From: Macrostomum lignano
Taxonomy: Eukaryota
DNA length: 64,000 bases
NCBI GenBank assembly: GCA_002269645.1
Contig: NIVC01003589.1
Span: 25,357 to 89,356 of the forward strand
Reading direction: 5' to 3'
Numbering within the stretch: position 1 is the first letter of the stretch; each line of letters begins with the position of its first letter. This document shows positions 12,523 through 24,504 of the stretch, piece by piece. The position numbers were made by a program, and so were the translations under genes. The notes beneath the pieces were generated by a model, which did not search any database, had not been told where the DNA came from, and saw nothing but the letters and a program-made list of their open reading frames with translations.

Positions 12523-12765
12523 TCACAATTGCTTAATGATTTCTTCAAAGTTATAGTAGCTGTCGTAATCGTTAATGACTACGGCAAGGCCATACTTATG
12601 AAACCAGTGTCTTTGGAGAGCTAGATTAATATTAGGGACATTGATATCAACGCCGGGCCAATATTTTCTCATGTATTCACTGCATTCCTTCTTGAATTGG
12701 TACTTACTCTTGTAATTAGGCTCGTGCGCTTTGTAATAAGAACCTGGGGAGACAACTGGAAACAT
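12523..12765 (-). CDS. 80-aa Tyr-rich ORF of unknown function inside the terminal inverted repeat
   Basis: Same ORF at all five termini (12523, 30877, 38731, 50053, 57360). Confidence 0.75.
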   Translation of the reverse strand: MFPVVSPGSYYKAHEPNYKSKYQFKKECSEYMRKYWPGVDINVPNINLALQRHWFHKYGLAVVINDYDSYYNFEEIIKQL

Positions 12766-13463
12766 TTTTAGAGAAAAATTAGATTTTTTTCAATGGGTAA
12801 GGACCCTGCGCTAATAATTTTAAGTCTTAGGGATCTGATTTCGCATTGCGAATTGAATGCGGGGAGAAGAATGCAGATTATTTTCTGATTGTTTCGAAGA
12901 TGCTATGGGTGGATGTCGGTGTCAATGAGCATAACAGGTGTTAGTGGACATCTGTTATGCTCTGATTCTGTCAGGGATAATAATGGATGGATTTAATAGG
13001 ATTATGTTCGAAGTTTTCGGAGCAAGTGCGACCCCCCTTTATTTCTGATTCTGTCAGGGATAATATGGATGGATTTAGGTGGATTATGGAGGATGTTTTG
13101 TGAGCGAGTGCGACCCCCCTTTTTTCTGATTCTGTCAGGGATAATATGGATGGATTTAGGTGGATTATGGAGGACGTTTTGTGAGCGAGTGCGACCCCCT
13201 TTTTTCTGATTCTGTCAGGGATAATATGGATGGATTTAGGTGGATTATGGAGGACGTTTTGTGAGCGAGTGCGACCCCCCTTTTTTTCTGATTCTGTCAG
13301 GGATAATATGGATGGATTTAATGGGATTATGGAGGACGTTTTGTGAGCGAGTGCGACCCCCCCCCTTTTTTTCTGATTCTGTCAGGGATAATATGGATGG
13401 ATTTAATGGGATTATGGAGGACGTGAAACATTTTGTCCCAGAAGCCCCCTCATGCCTTCGACT
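12523..13463. repeat. Right TIR of copy A with ~80-85-bp tandem subrepeats
   Basis: Unit TCTGATTCTGTCAGGGATAAT starts at about 12961, 13043, 13124, 13204, 13286, 13371; inverted homologues at 38227, 49512, 56911. Confidence 0.9.
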
Positions 13464-14938
13464 GGCACTTGATGTTTTCCGGGAACGGTGGAAAGTCAGA
13501 GAAATAGTCGTAAAGCACTGGTGGAATGTAAACATCAACCTCATAAATGGCAGCCAATGAAAAGTCCCGTTTGAATTCTGATAGCCATCGAAAATCTCTA
13601 ACTGGAAGATCTTGACTCATCGCCCACCCGTAGAGATTATTAGCGTCCAAGTAAGTAATTTAGTTTGAGGGCTGCTCCTTATTGTAAGATTCAATGTAGG
13701 GATTGTTTGCTTTTGCATACCTGTTAACACAAATTAAGATCCCCCCTCGCTTTGACGATTCGACAAAATTGTACATGTCAATGTCTGTAAGAAGTTCAAT
13801 GTAACAATCTGGATCTTGATCCCATTTCATTTTAAGCAAAGATTCCCAGCTAGTGGCAGGCAGAGACACATAATGTGCTGGATCGAGGCCATATGCTGTG
13901 TACCAGGTGTATCTGAAGGTTTCAAACACATCGGCCAGCAGAAACACATCTGTGAAGAGGTAAAGCAGGTGATACTGGAAGAATTTTTGACAATTAAAGT
14001 AATTATAGACATACTTCGCGTGCTCATAGTCTTTGTCAGAGATTCCAGAGTTTGTTAGCTTTGAAAAGAACTTCTCCTGTGGTGGTAAACCTTCTTCAAA
14101 TACGTGATACCCAGTAATATTTTCATAGGGGTAGAAGCCTTTCTTTCTTAAAAGTTTAAATGATTCATCAGTGTTGTTAATTTTACTTGCAAACATCTTT
14201 GTATATGTACATTGTTCATCTTTTAGATTCTTGCTTAGTTCGTCTAGACTGGCAGCTAGAAATTGATATGAATCCTTCAGTCTTATTTTACCTTTACCTA
14301 AATTATCCTGTTAAATATCAACACACTTAAACTTCTCCTTGTTCTCTGCGATGCAATCAAGGTGTATGTCTGGAATCATGCCGATTTTTTCAACTATTAA
14401 ATGCATGTCATAGTTCTTTGCGTTGTGACAAAATATCGATAGATCATGAATGTTCGATTTTAGCTTTAGATTACAGGTGTTATGCGCTGCACCTCTAAAT
14501 TTCCCAGTATAGTGGCAGTGGTCCCTAACGGAGGGGTTTTTAATATCAGTGCAAGTTAACTGTTTCCTGCAGATGTGGCAATGAGTTGGTGATGGGAAAT
14601 TGCTTTCATCCTCCTCAGTCATCATTATTGGAACAGGTTGAAGGGTGCTAATCACTCTTTGCAACTCTAACATTCTGGCAATAAACTGCTCCACACACTG
14701 CTCTCCAAAGAAATAATTATACTCAACAAGTCCTTTTGTAACGGTAATAAAAGCATATGCTACTGAATTAGGGACATGTTTTTGAGTTTCTTGCATGATT
14801 GAGCATTCGAAATCAGCATATACAACAAATTGGAGCTTCTCCATCTTGTGATAGTTCTTAAACCGGAGATACTTTTCTTCAGCTGAAGGAAGAGAGCAGT
14901 TGGTTGGGTGATCTTCACAGGATAATTCATGCTCTGCT
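13464..14938 (-). pseudogene. pPolB: pPolB central part (zinc finger to motif A), cut at ENIKC by the end of copy A
   Basis: ORFs 14311-14844, 13660-14196 and 13450-13650 match copy A PolB. Confidence 0.93.
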
Positions 14939-15034
14939 TTGACTTACTTGACTTAGCTGCAGGGCTGTCCCGGGGGGACACAGCGGGAAGGCGCAAACGC
15001 CCATTCCGCTAATCCCTGAACGGCCGACGCGTCG

Positions 15035-16260
15035 CTATGGACGAAGGGTTGGCGCCGCCCAGGTAGTTCCCCCAGTTACGCCAGCAGCTATGGTGCTCTC
15101 TGGAAAGGAGAGTTCAGCCCTGCGGTTGGCCCGGAGGTAGCGCATGAGCTGATTAAAGTTGTCGGGTTTGCACGCTTCAGTAATAGATGTGTGTGGCCCG
15201 AGGTAAGTGAGTCTGGCTCGCGTGAAGGCGGGACAGATGCTGACGAAATGCTCAGCGGTTTCGTCACCTGAGTTACAGAAACTGCAGATGGCGTTGGTGG
15301 CGTTGCCCTGCAGGTACTGGTGCCTAGAGAAGCAGCCGTGACATGAGAGGGTCATGATGGCAGCCCGGATGTCGCTGCGCGAGAGGCGCAAGAGGAGCTT
15401 CCGGAGCTGGTGAGAGGGCTGAGGGACAGCGCCTCTGGATTGCCTGCAGGTGGTGCAGTTCGCCCAAGTTGAGCGGTGCTGGGTCCTGATCCACGCTTTG
15501 ATGCGCGAGTCGATGACACAGCCAGGAATCGGGACAAGGGGATCAGGACCGAGAGAGGAGCCGGAGGCACCAACTTTCGCAAGGGCGTCAGCCAACTCAT
15601 TTCCTCGGATCCCCACATGCCCCGGAACCCACTTGAGGGTGATTTTGTTGGTGGAGCCCAACATGTTGAGGAGTTTGATACAGTCGAGGACTGTAGCAGA
15701 ATTGGTGCTGCAGCCACTGATGGCGTGCAAGGCAGCTTGGCTGTCCGAATGGAAAATGATGTTCTTACCGGTAACGCCAGTGGCGAGGAGCTCTGCGGTG
15801 CAGGAGCTGATGGCAAGAACTTCATTTTGGAAGACACTAGAGTTGACCCCAGTGTACTGAGCGTGGGTTGCGATAACCCTTCCGTTCAGAAAGATTCCAA
15901 CGCCAAAACCGGGGTTGGCTGACTGCTTAGAACAATCGGTGTAGCAGTGGAGCTCACCAGGGTTCTAGTGGTCATTGATGGTATCGCGCGAGTCGATAGC
16001 TACGGAGTGGCGCTGTCTCAGGTTGAGCGTTGAGGCAATGCCATCAGTGAAGACCCGATTGGCATGACACTCGTTGAGAATGTTGAGGCACAGGTCGCTA
16101 TGCGGGACGAGGTTCCGCTTAGCAGGTGCCCTCATGTAAAGGAATTTGACACCGGCATCAAGTAAACCCCGGGTCGTTCTAGCCGCCTCACGCCTGACGA
16201 AGAGGTCGAGAGGCGGTAGATTAAGGAAGGCCCCCATGCCAGCAAAGGGCGTGGACCTGG
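15035..16260 (-). pseudogene. Outer LOA ORF2 3' part: RT C-terminus, RNase H, zinc knuckle
   Basis: WVPGHVGIRGNELADALAKVG; CSFC...HFVSIC. Confidence 0.88.
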
Positions 16261-16632
16261 TCTGCACCCTCTATTTGCCTCTGGCAGCCGCAGACTCCCC
16301 CACGCTGTCTCGCAAGTCGACCCAGGGTACTCGTCCCCGCGTGTGTTCAAGGCAGACCCTAGGGCTGCTGGACAGACTGGGCTCCGGCGCTGGCGACCCT
16401 ATCCAGTGGCTTCGGCCGAATTTGGGTATGCGGGTCTGGCTCACCAGCCTGCAGGCCGTGGTACTGCTTAACGTACCCTCTAATGCCTAAGGTGTTTGAC
16501 CGTGCCGATGGGCTGGAAGGCCGGGGAGTAGTCCGGTCGCTAGCGGTCCTTTTTTCAAACCGGCTGGCTTGAGGTGTCGGCCAGTCGGGTACTCAACTCG
16601 CATAACGAGTAGCCCTCCCCCGCTTTTCAGCT

Positions 16633-18162
16633 ATGGGCACTAACGCCACCATCTCTAAAGAAACTGACCCGGTCGCCTCTGGCTCACCGGGATCAGCCGC
16701 TCCGGTAGCTACCACTGGTAGCACCAACGCCCAACCTGGTCCAACCGGGCCAGCTGACGCTGCCGCCGATCACCCTGGCCGCCAGTCTAGCCGACCGCGC
16801 ACGGCCGAGTCTCGACGACAGCGGAACATCCGCCGCAACCGTAAGCGGCAGGAGAAGCGGGCTGCTGCTGCGTCTGAGGAGGGCGGGCAAGCCGCGGTGA
16901 GGCCTTCGGGAGCCACCGCAGCGGGGAGGCCCTCTGGGGAGTCCGGTGGCGCGGCTGGGCCGTCAGGAACCGCCGTGTCCTCGGGCTCTCAGGGGGGCAA
17001 CCCTGCCGGCCTACCGCCTTCCAAAGACAAAGCGGCCCCGCTCAAGACCTCCGAGTCCTACGCGTCCAAGGTCAAGCAGCCGCTGCAACCCGCCGTGATG
17101 ATCCTCGGCGGGGATTTCGACCTGACGCCCGAGCAGCTCGACGTCGCGTGGCGTACCATCGACGAGGGCTTGCTCAATCTAACCCTGGAGGGCGTCTTCG
17201 TGGACATCGTCAAGTCCACCAAGGCGAACGGGTGCATCCTACTGTGGTGCAAATCCGAGGAGAGCACCCAGCTCCTGCGGGATCAGCTGCCCAAGTTCGA
17301 CTGGCACAGCGAACTGGGCCAGCTGACCTTCGCCTTGGAGAGCGAGCGGCCGAAGACCATCCGCCATCGGATTTGGGTCCCGGCCGACAGTGCAATCAAG
17401 TCCGGGGAGCAGCTGCGGCAGCTCCTGCTCAAGCGGCACCCGGATCTCGACGCCAGTGGTCTTGTGTACCACAGCACGAACCGCAAGGGCACGACCGGGG
17501 CCACAGTCATCCTCGGCCTGACGGAGGGATGGGCCAAGCGGCTACCGCACGGCACAAACCTCCACCTTGGTCTCCATCAACTGACCATCCTCCGCTGTGA
17601 GGAGGGCAAGGTGGAGACCAAGAAAGACGGGAAGCGCGCCGCTCCCGGAGCTGGGGCTCATGCCCCGCCGGCCAAGCGGCAGCAGCAACCCGATCCCGAG
17701 CCTAACAAGGCTATTCGCGCTGCTGAGTCCGCCTCGCGCGGACGTAGACCCGCCCGCAGTAGCCGGCGGTCCGGTCTAATCCAGCGCGCACTTGACGAAG
17801 CTCAGTCTCTGAGACTTCACCTCGAGCAGACTCGTGCCGCTCGCAAAAACACTGAAAGCCAGCCGAGGGAACTGGACGACGGCACGGCTCAGCCTTCCAA
17901 CTGGTGGGATTACCACCAGGAGGACGCTGCCGGCCGAGCTCAGACTCCCGACGGCGGGGCGCAAGGCGAAGGCAGCAGCCGTACCCCAATCGCTGGGGAG
18001 GAGGGCGGTGTAGCGCGGCTAGGTGACTCACCTGCCGTGGGCGCCGTGTCCGCCTCCGCGGCGGCTGGGGAGGCGGCTGAGCCTGAGCCAATGGAAATTG
18101 GCGACTCAACTCTCACCGATGAGGCTGAGAATGAGTTGCTTTTCTCCTCCCCTGGACAGTAG
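16633..18162 (+). CDS. LINE ORF1 (gag-like), 509 aa
   Basis: Directly precedes the endonuclease/RT ORF. Disordered ends, YASKVK motif, central folded domain (RIWVP); no CCHC knuckle seen. Confidence 0.82.
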   Translation: MGTNATISKETDPVASGSPGSAAPVATTGSTNAQPGPTGPADAAADHPGRQSSRPRTAESRRQRNIRRNRKRQEKRAAAASEEGGQAAVRPSGATAAGRPSGESGGAAGPSGTAVSSGSQGGNPAGLPPSKDKAAPLKTSESYASKVKQPLQPAVMILGGDFDLTPEQLDVAWRTIDEGLLNLTLEGVFVDIVKSTKANGCILLWCKSEESTQLLRDQLPKFDWHSELGQLTFALESERPKTIRHRIWVPADSAIKSGEQLRQLLLKRHPDLDASGLVYHSTNRKGTTGATVILGLTEGWAKRLPHGTNLHLGLHQLTILRCEEGKVETKKDGKRAAPGAGAHAPPAKRQQQPDPEPNKAIRAAESASRGRRPARSSRRSGLIQRALDEAQSLRLHLEQTRAARKNTESQPRELDDGTAQPSNWWDYHQEDAAGRAQTPDGGAQGEGSSRTPIAGEEGGVARLGDSPAVGAVSASAAAGEAAEPEPMEIGDSTLTDEAENELLFSSPGQ

Positions 18163-18164
18163 AC

Positions 18165-21100
18165 ATGACTGTCTCCCAGGGCATCCACTGCTTGCAGGTC
18201 AACCTGCAGCACAGCATTGCTGCTTTAGTCAACCTCTTGAAGCACACTGACCAATACGTGCCAGGGATTATCCTTATCCAGGAACCTTGGACGCTTAGGG
18301 GCAGCCCCCAACATGTCCCCACCGGCTACCAGTGTTTAACCGCTGGTACCCGGAAGGGAAACCTGGCACCAAGATCCTGCATCATGGTGTCCAGTTCTAT
18401 TAACGCATGGCTCAGATCAGACCTGTCCACCAGGGACATCTGTGTCATCCAGTCTGAAGACATACTCCCTGGGAGGACTACCCTCATCGCCTCGGTTTAC
18501 CTACCGGGCGACGGCGAGATGATCCCAGTAGAGCTTGTCACACTGGTCGAGCTCTGCTCCACCAGAAACTATGAGCTGCTCGTGGCAGGTGACATCAATG
18601 CCCACCACACCCACTGGGGCAGTTCTGATATAAACCAGAGAGGTGAAGACTTCCTGGCTTATATTGCTACTACAACCCTTGAGTTCTGTAACTCGGGTAG
18701 TACCCCTACCTTCAATAACGGACGCCGATCGGAGGTGCTGGATGCCACCCTCGCCACGCCCAGGCTCTTCCGGAGCACTAGGGAGTGGCGGGTGCTTCCT
18801 GAGGCGTCCCTCTCCGATCACAAGTTCATCTCTTTCACGCTGGCCAGCGCCCGTAACGCAGGCCAGCTTTACTGGAAACGGAATGCTAGGAATACCGACT
18901 GGACCGCCTTCAGGCTTGCCCTGGAGGAGACCTATCGTTGCACTAGCACTCCAGTCTCCATCAACACCTGCGAAGAAGCAGATGAATTTGCGGCCGCACT
19001 TACGGACTCGCTCACTGCTGCCTTCGAAGCCTCATGCCCACTAAAGGCATATAAAGGCAAACAGTCGGCCCCATGGTGGAACCCGCAGCTTGGCGACCTC
19101 CGTCGCAGAGCCAAAAGGCTTCACCGCAGGGCCCAAAAAACTAAAAACCCGGCCGATCAAACCGCCTACCTGAACTCTATCCACGAGTTCAAGAGGCAGG
19201 TTAGGAACGCCAAAACCAACAAGTGGCGCGAATACTGTGAGGAACTTGAGGGCTCCCGCCCCACCTCCAGAATCGTTAAAGCCCTCACCCTGGACAAAAT
19301 GTCCAAACTCTCCTCAGTCAAGAGAGCCGACGGCTCGCTCACTGAGAACCCAGGAGAAACACTGGAAGCGATGCTAACAGCGTTTTTCCCGAACGAGCCA
19401 GCCAGGCCCGACCCCCCTGACCACTCAGTGGGCGGACACGTACTGGCTGACTCAATCATCACGGAGGACCGCGTTACTAAAGCTGTCTCCTCCTTCAAAC
19501 CCTTCAAATCCCCAGGACCGGACGGCGTTGTGCCAGCCTTCCTGCGGGAGGCGGTGAAATGCACCGGTTTCCTGCGGAACTTTGTCGGCTTCTGAAAGCT
19601 TGCATTGTGCTCGGCTTTGTTCCGAAATCCTGGACCGAGGCCAAGGTGGTCTTTATCCCCAAGCCTGGCCGACCGGACTACCGGTCCATTAAATCCTTCA
19701 GACCAATTAGCCTCACCTCCACATTTGTGAAGCTGTTAGAGAGACTGGTGCTCTGGCGCCTCCTCTCTGTGGAACTGAAGAACAAGCCGCTCAGTGAGAA
19801 CCAGCATGCCTTTCAGGCAGGCAGGTCCACGGAGAGCGCGCTTCACGTTCTGGTTGACATGCTGGAGAAAGCCGTTCTTGGTAATGGCTACGCTCTCGCT
19901 GTCTTCCTCGACATTGTTGGAGCCTTTGATAGTGTCCTCTTTGAGGCTTTTGACAGAGCTCTACGTGCTAGAGGAACCCACTCGCACCTCACCCGGTGGA
20001 TCATGTATATGATCAGCCACCGTACTGCCACCGCACACCTGTTGGGCCACCAACGGACGGTAACCGTCTGCAAAGGCAGCTCCCAGGGCGGTGTCCTCTC
20101 TCCAGTTCTCTGGAACATGGTCATCGATGAGCTCCTCCAGGACAGCCATCTTGACCCCATCCTCAAGGTCGGTTACGCCGATGATGTCACTGCCGTGGCA
20201 TCCGGACCGTCACCTGAAACCCTTAGAGATCTTTTGCAAAACTTCATTCGCTCTGCTGAACGTTGGGCGGACAGGTGCGGCCTCAGGCTCTCCGAGACCA
20301 AAACTGTCGCGATCATGTTCACCAGCAGGGTAAACTGGCGTATTCGCCCACTAAAGCTTTACGGGGTGGAAATTCCATCCTGCAAGCAAACCAAGTGTCT
20401 CGGCGTTACGCTGGACCACCGGCTGAGCTGGTCCACCCACGTCCAGGCCAAAACCAAAAAAGCCCTCGCGATTCTTGCGCAGCTGCGCAGAGCCGTCGGC
20501 ACCACCTGGGGCCTCACCCCAAAGCGTCTCTGGTGGATCTATACCACAATGGTCCGACCGGCCGTTACTTACGCCGGCCTGGTCTGGACCAGCGCCTTGC
20601 AGATTAAAACCTGCCACGAAGCCCTCAAAAAGGTGCAGGGACGTGCGTGCCGCATGATCCTGAATGCCCCGCTCTCTGCTCCCTTTGACGGCCTCAACGC
20701 CTTTCTCTGCCTCCCGCCTCTGGACATCTTTGTCCGTCGCGAGGCTGCTAAAACCACCCGCCGGCTCATCGAGGCTGGTGTTAGCTTCAAGCCACAAAGA
20801 GCGATGGCGAAGCGCAAGCTCCTGCCGCACTCTGACCTGTGCCTTAAAGTTCTGGAGGAGAGTGGGAGTGCGGCTGTCCTTTCGGACGCTGAACCGCGCT
20901 CCCTCAATCTCTACCAACGCTTCAAGGTCACGATCCCCTCCAGGGAGAACGCCAACGACAGCTGGGCCCCTCAGGAGGTTCACTGCTTCACTGACGGATC
21001 CTCCAAAGACGGTTTATCCGGCTTTGGAGTCTGTATCCTTATCAACGGCCGCGTGATTGCTACTCACGCCCAACACACTGGCAGACTCTCCAGCGTCTTC

Positions 21101-21868
21101 CAGAATGAAGTCCTTGCCATCAGCTCCTGTGCAGCTGAGCTCCACTGCAAGGACTTCAAGGACAGTAGAATCTTCTTCCACTCTGACAGCCAGGCCGCTT
21201 TACAGGCCCTGTGTCACACCACTACGAACTCCCGAACAGCCCGCGACTGTATCGGGCAGCTCAACAAGCTGGCTCGGAGGAACACCGTCCGGCTCACGTG
21301 GATCCCAGGACACGCCGGCTTCAAAGGTAACGAGCTCGCCGACTCCCTCGCTAAGGCGGGCTGTTCCGGCTCGCCCCTTGGCCCCGTGCCCCTGGCCCCC
21401 ATCCCCGCCACAGTCATTAATCGTCAGATTAACGACTGGGCGGACATCCTGCACTTGCGCAGATGGGATGGTATCTCCAACTGCCGCCAATCTCGTGCGG
21501 CAGTGCCCAATCCGTCCCTCAAGCTGCGGAGAATCCTTTTGAACCAAAATCGAAAAGATATCCGCGCTCTCACTATGACCTTCACAGGTCACGGTTGCTT
21601 TGCCAGGCACTGCTTCCTCCGATGTGTTTGCCGGAGTGAACTCTGCCCCTTCTGCAGCCTCGAGAATGAAGATGCCAAGCACTTCGTCTGCTACTGCCCG
21701 GCCTTCAACCGAGACCGGCTCAACCACCTCGGGCCCAACCCGTCCCTGGACGACGTTTGCCGGCCCGAGAACATCCCACGGCTCATCCGGTTCCTCCGGG
21801 CCACCAAGCGAGCCTCCGTCTTCCCCACCGAAGACAACGCTGCAGACAGGACCGGCAGACCTCCCTGA
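18165..21868 (+). pseudogene. LINE ORF2: APE endonuclease, RT, RNase H, zinc knuckle; one frameshift near 19560-19595
   Basis: QVNLQH, IQEPW, GDINAHH, SDHKFI; KSPGPDG, FRPISLTS, QGGVLSP, YADD; FTDGS, SDSQAAL, WIPGH...GNELAD; CPFC...H...C. Confidence 0.95.
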
Positions 21869-21982
21869 CCGGCCCCGCGCCCTAGCCTATGCGGGTCTTT
21901 CAGGGATTAGCGGAATGGGCGACGCTCGCCTCCCCGCTGCGTCTTCGGACCGCCCTGCAGCTAAGTCAAGTAAGTAAGTCAA

Positions 21983-24504
21983 GGACCTGGTGGCGTTGCA
22001 GATGAGCCTACACGCTCTGCCTTGGATCGTGTTGAGCAGGTCTGCATGGCTTTTGACCTGGGTAGCGCTAACCCAGACAACAGAGGCGTACGTAATGGCA
22101 GGTCTAACTACGGAAGTATAGATCCACCAAAGCCGCTTTGGGGATAGACCCCAAGAAGTGCCAAGTGCTCGTCGGAGCTGGGCCAGGATGGCTGAGGCAC
22201 GCTTGGCTTTTGCTTTCACGTGGAAGGACCAGTTGAGCCGGTGGTCAAGTATGACCCCGAGACATCTGGTCTGATGCGCGAAGGCAATATCTCTCCCGTA
22301 AAGCTGCAGATGTCACATGTTCCAGCGGATTCTGCTCGTGAACATAATGGCAACAGATTTGGGCTCGGAGAGTTCCAGACCGTTGTCATTGGCCCAGGAT
22401 TCTGCTTTGCGGATAAAGCTCTGCATCAGATCCCTGAGCGTGCTGGGGGACGGCCCAGCCACAATGGCAGTGACGTCGTCAGCATACCCGACTTTGAAGA
22501 CGGGATCAGGTCGGGAGTCACCCAGAAGAGCGTCCATGACCAGGTTCCAGAGCGTCGGGGTGAGGACTCCGCCTTGGGGTCCACCCTTACAGACTCTGGC
22601 GGAGGCAGTTTGCCCAAGAAGTTAGGCAGTGACTGTACGGTTGGAGATCATGTACAAGATCCACCGTATGAGGTTAGCGTGAGCTTTGCGATTTTGCAGG
22701 GCCCTCTGAAACGCTTAAAAGATAACGTTGTCGAAGGCGACAACAATGTCGAGAAAAAGAGCCAGGGCGTAACCGTCACCCAGTACCGCCCGTTCAATCT
22801 TCTCGATTATCACATGCAGGACGCTGTCAGTCGACCTCCCGGTACGGAAGGCGTGCTGATTATTGCTGAGAGGCATTGCTGTCAGCTCGCATGAAATCAG
22901 CCGCCAGAGAATAAGCCTCTCAGTGAGATTAAGCATGGCTGACGTTAAGCTAATTGGCCTAAAGGCCTTGATGCTCTGGTAGTCACCCTTCCCAGGTTTG
23001 GGAATGAAGACTACCCGAGCTTCGGTCCAGCACTTGGGAACGTATCCCAGCTGGATAGAAGGCCGCATGAGATTGCGGGTAAGTCTAAGGAACGAGGGTA
23101 TCTTGGCTGCTTCACGAAGGAGAACAGGGTAGATACCATCAGGTCCAGGGATTTGAAGGGCTTGAAGGTTCTGACCGCACGAGCGATTAAGTCTTCAGTG
23201 ATTATGCCCGCCGCTATGGTGGCTCCATCCATTGAGTGGTTGGGTTCCGATCTAGCGGTGGGTACCCTCGGGAAGAATGTGCTGAGCATATGCTGAAGCA
23301 CTTCTTCAGGGTCTTTAGTAAGAGAGCCATCATCTTTTTTGATCATGGCTAATTTGGACATTTTGTCCATTGTAAGGGCCTTGACAAGCCTAGAAGTAGG
23401 TCTATCTTGATCCAATTCATTGCAGAATTGGCGCCATTTACATTCCTTGGCCTTGCGCACTTCAGATTTGAAGTTGCGGTAGGCTTGTCGGAAATTCTCC
23501 ATGTCCTCCGGGTTTCCAGTCTTCATGGCACGGCGGTGAAGGCTTTTGGCCTTCCGACTGAGTTTCCCCAGCTCCAGGTTCCACCACGGCGCCGAGGTCT
23601 TGCCTTTGTAGGCGCGAGCAGGACAAGCCGCTTCGTGGGCTGCAATAATGCAACCTGTCAGCGTCTCAGCCGCTTGGTCCACATCCTTGCAGGTCTCAAT
23701 CGGACGTAAGTCCGTAAGTTCCTGCAGGTGCAGATCAAGGGTAGCCTTATAGGCCGCTCAATCAGTGTTGCGGATGTTACGTCTCCAAGTAATCGAGGAC
23801 TGGGGTTTAGTTTCCGCGATGTTAAAGGCGATAAAGCAGTGGTTAGACAGGCACGGCTCCACAGACCAGACTCTCCGCTCCTCAACTCTGTCAAAGAGTC
23901 TTGGGGTAACGAGTGTGGCGTCAAGGACCTCAGTCCATCTGCCATTGTTAAAGGTAGGAGTGCTACCGCGGTTGCAGAGCATGAGGTTTGTGTTAGAGAT
24001 AAGGGCCAGAAGCTCCTCCCCTCTAGTATTGGTGTCTTTGCTGCCCCAGTGCTTGTGGTGCGCGTTGAGGTCGCCCCCCAAGCACAGCTCAGCGTTCTGG
24101 GACTCGCAGTACTGCGCAAGGCGTAGTAGACTCTCGGGAGCAGGGTCTCTGTCGCCAGGGATGTAAATCGAGGCAACAAGACACGTACGCGGAGAGAGAT
24201 GATTAGATTGGATGACACAGAGGTCTCCATCAGAGATATCAGTCCTCAGCAAAGCCTGGAGATGGCTAGCAGCGAGGATAGCCGCTCTAGGGCGGCTGTT
24301 CCCCGGGCCACACACATAAAAGTCAGAGTAGCCAGAGGGAATGTTGAGCAACTTACCGTTGCGCATCCAATGTTCCTGGATCAGGATGAGGCCTGGCCTG
24401 TACAGCTCAGCAATCTTCATCAGATTTACTGACACAGATACGCAATGCTGTAGATTTATTTGAGGACAGAATGTCGCTCCTTTGGCAGCGTGGAGCTTAG
24501 TCAT
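21983..24504 (-). pseudogene. Outer LOA ORF2 5' part (APE and RT), multiple frameshifts
   Basis: QINLQH, GGDLNAHH, FRPISLTS, GYADD spread over ORFs 23758, 23011, 22715, 22313, 21887. Confidence 0.9.

Larger units (their letters stand above)
16262..21982 (+). mobile_element. Inner LOA-type non-LTR retrotransposon inserted antisense in the outer one
   Basis: 9-bp TSD GGACCTGGT (16253-16261, 21983-21991); tail TAAGTCAAGTAAGTAAGTCAA; 5'UTR, ORF1, ORF2. Confidence 0.93.

Noticed and set aside
13240-13560. ORFs across the TIR tandem repeats (also 49298-49959, 56749-57183, 38233-38556)
   Set aside because: Translations of repeats; the frame is not conserved between copies.
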